Virus record (IMG/VR): IMGVR_UViG_3300025736_000009 | From: an uncultured virus (IMG/VR IMGVR_UViG_3300025736_000009) | Lineage: Duplodnaviria > Heunggongvirae > Uroviricota > Caudoviricetes | Direction: 5' to 3' (one strand) | Length of the DNA stretch: 64,000 nucleotides | In this document: in pieces, positions 61,901 to 64,000 of the stretch | Position numbering within the stretch: the stretch's first letter is position 1 | How the letters are laid out: every line of letters begins with the position of its first letter | Position numbers and translations under genes: made by a program | Notes under the pieces: model-generated | Databases searched by the model: none | What the model saw: the letters and a program-made list of their open reading frames with translations, nothing else | Told to the model about the DNA's origin: nothing

Positions 61901-64000
61901 AATATTATATCTGATGAAAACGAATTTAATAGATATTGCTATCCTATAGATACAGCAGACTGGGTTGCATTAGGAGATATTAGGTCCAATGATGTAGTAT
62001 TGTATCCAATTCCTAAAAAAGAAACACCACCTAATTTCTTAAATATTAAAGATATATTACCAGATAGTTATACACTACGTGAAGATACTTGGCTACATCC
62101 CAAACGACAAGGATGTAATACATTTTGTATATCCCAACTTCTAGTAGATGCTAGATTTGCTAAAGCAGCTGGCGTATATCTTGCAGAAGGCTCATCTAAT
62201 GGTAGATCAACTAAAACTCATCAACCAAAAGGTTTAATATTTAGCCTTAACATAAATGAGATAGAAACAGCAAATTTTCTAAAAGATTACTTTGCAGATA
62301 TTTGTGAAACTACTCCAAAAATATTTACAAAACCAGAAAGTAATTCAAGGTATGTATGTGTAACTAATCAAACAATAGGAAAATTATTTTGTAATATATT
62401 TGGACAACGTTCCGCAACAAAACAATTACCACAATGGGCTTTTAATCTAGATTCGGAACTCCAACGTCAATTACTATCTAGTTACTTTGCAGGTGATGGT
62501 TGTTTATGTGCATCCAAACACAATGATTGTAAAACTGGGCATCAACTACAAGCCGAAATGACTACTATTAGCCTTAAACTTGCTTTAGGCATTAGAGATA
62601 TGCTTCTACAAAACGGATTTGTAGCAAGTGTCCAATTTACCACAAGAAAGTCATACTTTCCTAAACAAGATAGACGACAAATTTATAGAGTTAGGATGTT
62701 TGGTACTGTAGCATATGACTTTGTTACATGGGTAACTGGAAAAGCTCCAAGCTATGTACGGCCTGAAAATAGAAGGCGACAAGCATGGATAGATGGTAAC
62801 TATTTAGTAAGTAAAGTAATAAAAACAGAAAAGCAGCCCTACTCTGGAGAGGTATATAACTGGACAATAGAGGACGATAATTCTTTTTGTGTATTAGGGT
62901 ATGCAACACATAATTCGCCATATTCACAGGAATATAAACAACTAAAGGGATATCTACCACATGATGACCAACTAACAGAAGATCAAAGAGATAGATTTCA
63001 GGCTGCTAAGAAAAGAGCTGGAGCACAAAAGAAACGGCTTGATTTATTTCCATATAGATTTAAAAACGCAAATGTAGAAGAACAGACATATACAGTCAGT
63101 AACATAATGGATGCCAATACACTACAGGTTAGAGAATCTGAACATCCACTGCGTCTTGCTGGAGTAAGGGCTTCTAATCAAAGAATTACAGATGAGTATG
63201 GAGAAAATGAAAACCTATCTCCAGCTGAAGTATTATATCGTCAGTACGGTATTCGCAAAGGTACAAAAGTAACAGCTTTAGTAAATAAAGATCCAGAAGA
63301 TAGATATGCTGACGATGTACTTGGAACACAGCATGCTGTTGTCATGGCACACAATAGAAACATTAATGCTGATCTAATACAAACTGGAGTTGGAATAGAA
63401 AAAGAAGAATGGTCTGCTGCTGGTATATATGCTCGATTTACTGAAAAAGAAATAACTGCTGGAGCACGCTATGAGACAATATCTCATGCTGATACAATGC
63501 TCAATTCAAAATTTCTTAAAATCAGATCTCCTTATGAAGAATATGTAAGAAGTCAAGTTTATGGAAAAAAATATGGACGCTGGGAGTCTGCTTATAGTTC
63601 TTACATTGAACCAACAATACAGTCATATGTAGCTAAAGGAGCAATAGGCGCAGCAGTAGGAGCGGGAGTATTTTCCTCTCTATTTATGAGAACAAAAAAG
63701 ATGAGAGGCAAAGCAGCGCTTGCTGGAGCAGCAATAGGAGCTGGACTTTCAATACTTCGACAAGGACAAGAAGCACTAACAGGAGAGCCTTGGATACCAA
63801 ATAGAACACAAAAGAGAAGAGATGTAGAAGAATATTATGATACCTTAGAGTATATAAAATATAGAAGACTATATGAAGCAACTGCTAAACTAGCTAATGA
63901 TGAAGAAGGAACAGACGTAGAAGAAATAGATGATCGGGCTCGTAATCTTGGACAGTGGAGAAAAGAAAAGATTAGAGAGCTAGAGGATAAAAGAAGAAAA
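55919..64000 (+). CDS. Giant tape-measure-position protein (2694 codons, truncated at window end) with two inteins, PD-(D/E)XK and SNase-like domains
   Basis: ATG at 55919 (MNTYENQNTRWKILG); frame open wherever I translated it and no terminated + ORF is listed here; follows tail chaperones. Confidence 0.85.
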   Translation, partial: MNTYENQNTRWKILGVGAATAAILGRKKIAAFALRGAETIAARLATAERTEARFALTRFADDVGRAINETIPSRARMQVGEQRLRGYLGDAGWVNPQVDNLFGYEGGVAPYSRIKTWISPGDPLPKNLMDDTYSGLRSSFEGTGKGVDEISADLLAARKRLSNDHLFDNSFGLPTDPRASSLQAQVARAKEEHQRLLARALTKRTASSEKYTNIALGQHSSWTDAIAEKVFGAKRVTVGNVLTNRANFTAEVIEQAEKTSKTLAHTLGKQADTDVINKAVLGELWTVNGKQVTDLRGASKLIGKGISWLNENVEIPLIPFVGGFSPFRLFPWLTGEVKLGHTLIKSNTLGKQALIKGLFSGNQDISLVGNTAVGMRFGDSLAIDNVISDAVDNITALHADYGLGEHLMRNLLASKAAKKDRITRSGSGKLLDLAGFGTGGNTIIEKLQNFFSTGRQPTDSVFRQARSIFTKFADPSKFPENSELARIAKSYPAGALERIYKNPTAPAATMEKDIRTVATLLQKVGKISPQNVRKTLQTGMFPNAPEVASVLQNIENDADIVKFFQQNRSYGLKASSKKLSILLEDFSVSPNEVLDRTQRVTSKSPLMDRLLGAPESKHGIDLMREALIDEYAIRYANPTELGITTPLITKLTQARFGLEEQELELAKAAVYGSQIRSVLEVQGAEAARDLLTKKVESSSIKETSEYVMNNFLGLLDIHTPPQVYEGPQRLLVKQHAGLIKTLNDITKSGGSFQDMIKQFAGSDFTKQYASTFVQGADSGSITRTSLKPYFFATRLNEALTPFGLGLNPENLGSGADIIRGLVVQRILPGVAAVEAWKYINYESENLIGARPEEGIANIRANLKLQWAGLNDWEKFAELHPGSKYYMSGLNKADMAKQLDSGYVPIRKGRFWLFGSRSAFYGDRVSYFMPDPYQLANSEWQGAENVDYNNKDYWSRSAIPTPRYPLSTINRLLDPYAFEHKHSVGPNPDRPYIFSGEPFTRETLWGPILNATIGKIIKPRRVLHPDYLPENLEETQSKKQLRALNEATKHEAKAGGGKWNQPIRGGKGSETLADYSASPMILTEGSLATLTSAGQVALSELPPGMSDPWSKRTIGGARRVIRKQLEKINRELKSQGSSNIPARLQDIYGQEKAFTAEQLEDVDYIGNAELGSYLTREMMGLYGWMAGIPLGDRTGTVMADASRAYSYERKYWEAELGGLGGFLCLTPNMLLQQDFGTPIEVKDITTGTTLLSRYGIPQEVLAVHSRHINEDIRCIETYCGGFPLSATSEHPVFAISTEYCEHKDGRKKNSSCIPHCNKFQSCEFNYHQHYTPEWIAAKYIKKGDYIAYPIPKQSNILTKLNIVTTIGLSSITDFDNRFAFDNCKNAAVSFPKELLLTKDLGKFLGLWLAEGSFGNRDKGRLYEIHFAYDRDEESYATFCKDFANSLGLNTTAATTKEGYWYTRVCNRVLAEFIFAAFGAKNDKRIPSELLNTPKEFLLGILEGLFRGDGHCRSDRTNKTDLRISIVAYKLALQIFNILIMLGYTPSLSIKNRKRRFFINDITKKRYKTKPQFCVTLNGNDARNLRDQLGLLHFGNYQPDNSNNEGLSWRDANFIYFKVKENYPTAYEGLVYDFTMDGDPSFCTIGMIVHNSEIGRRFMPHRFRQVEEYNTVPNAFEETWLPGSNYFTNFQTGDMYTKLRAAGEVRLPGSAYERIHNMPLMRTRASSLGKSVNELVAEMVNIKEANSAYMENIMDEGTQIHKKYQNKWKKLGILEDEEVELYNPELGISGHMDALLNLDGKKYVTEIKSMSDKRFNSGEIFASHLDQLNFYMNESGIHRGLLFYMNRDNPEQTRIEHVGYSKRRVSNLFQKVEEARSKVREMIDSGEVSRADLYDMTTRFEILADTCVHPLTYIRTSDGSVKLAKDVKVGDRVISHKGDSKAVTRCAIRHYSPHLIKLNVAFIPAHPLLATPEHPIYTIKAPSNAKNIPQYNANNDNIISDENEFNRYCYPIDTADWVALGDIRSNDVVLYPIPKKETPPNFLNIKDILPDSYTLREDTWLHPKRQGCNTFCISQLLVDARFAKAAGVYLAEGSSNGRSTKTHQPKGLIFSLNINEIETANFLKDYFADICETTPKIFTKPESNSRYVCVTNQTIGKLFCNIFGQRSATKQLPQWAFNLDSELQRQLLSSYFAGDGCLCASKHNDCKTGHQLQAEMTTISLKLALGIRDMLLQNGFVASVQFTTRKSYFPKQDRRQIYRVRMFGTVAYDFVTWVTGKAPSYVRPENRRRQAWIDGNYLVSKVIKTEKQPYSGEVYNWTIEDDNSFCVLGYATHNSPYSQEYKQLKGYLPHDDQLTEDQRDRFQAAKKRAGAQKKRLDLFPYRFKNANVEEQTYTVSNIMDANTLQVRESEHPLRLAGVRASNQRITDEYGENENLSPAEVLYRQYGIRKGTKVTALVNKDPEDRYADDVLGTQHAVVMAHNRNINADLIQTGVGIEKEEWSAAGIYARFTEKEITAGARYETISHADTMLNSKFLKIRSPYEEYVRSQVYGKKYGRWESAYSSYIEPTIQSYVAKGAIGAAVGAGVFSSLFMRTKKMRGKAALAGAAIGAGLSILRQGQEALTGEPWIPNRTQKRRDVEEYYDTLEYIKYRRLYEATAKLANDEEGTDVEEIDDRARNLGQWRKEKIRELEDKRRK
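59585..60865 (+). mobile_element. Intein 1 with LAGLIDADG endonuclease (427 aa)
   Basis: GGFL|CLTPN, TSEHP, FLGLWLAEG, GLFRGDG, VYDF...IVHN|SEIGRRF. Confidence 0.93.
61080..61560 (+). other. PD-(D/E)XK (RecB/Cas4-like) nuclease domain within giant ORF
   Basis: GTQIH, ISGHMDALL, VTEIKS, QLNFY, GLLFYMN. Confidence 0.8.
61631..62914 (+). mobile_element. Intein 2 with LAGLIDADG endonuclease (428 aa)
   Basis: LADT|CVHPL, TPEHP, GVYLAEG, SYFAGDG, VYNW...ATHN|SPYS. Confidence 0.93.
63083..63400 (+). other. Thermonuclease (SNase)-like domain within giant ORF, catalytic residues degenerate
   Basis: TVSNIMDANTL...LRLAGV...NINADLIQTG resembles VIDGDT...VRLIGID...NEELVREG. Confidence 0.55.

Noticed and set aside
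56388..63881. Minus-strand track ORFs in the last 8 kb
   Set aside because: Antisense shadows of the giant + strand ORF; the same applies to short antisense ORFs inside other well-supported genes
1..64000. Alternative genetic code, retron or DGR
   Set aside because: Conserved genes are full length with all three stop codons in use; no reverse transcriptase motif or TR/VR pair seen

Overview
This window is a 64-kb segment of a large, AT-rich, contractile-tailed (myovirus-like) dsDNA phage genome in standard genetic code, with transcription diverging at about 23.1-23.3 kb. The leftward (- strand) arm carries an orphan Panacea/SocA antitoxin, tRNA-Ser, tRNA-Lys, a tRNA fragment, RtcB, an HNH nuclease, three candidate structured ncRNAs and a PEP-CTERM protein. 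It also encodes a compact two-subunit (beta/beta'-like) RNA polymerase and many small early-type genes, twelve of which are preceded by the same covarying hairpin plus TTAAAC plus TCTCGGTCT leader element. The rightward (+ strand) arm has an LmbU-like regulator, a DUF5662 HD protein and a PPEP/ATLF-like metallopeptidase, then the morphogenesis module: intein-containing terminase, portal, protease, capsid, neck, two sheath paralogs, three tube-like paralogs and chaperones. It ends in a giant ORF (more than 2,690 codons, missing from the ORF track because it runs off the window) at the tape-measure position, containing two LAGLIDADG inteins, a PD-(D/E)XK nuclease domain and an SNase-like domain. 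All assignments come from motif recognition by eye; no database searches were run.
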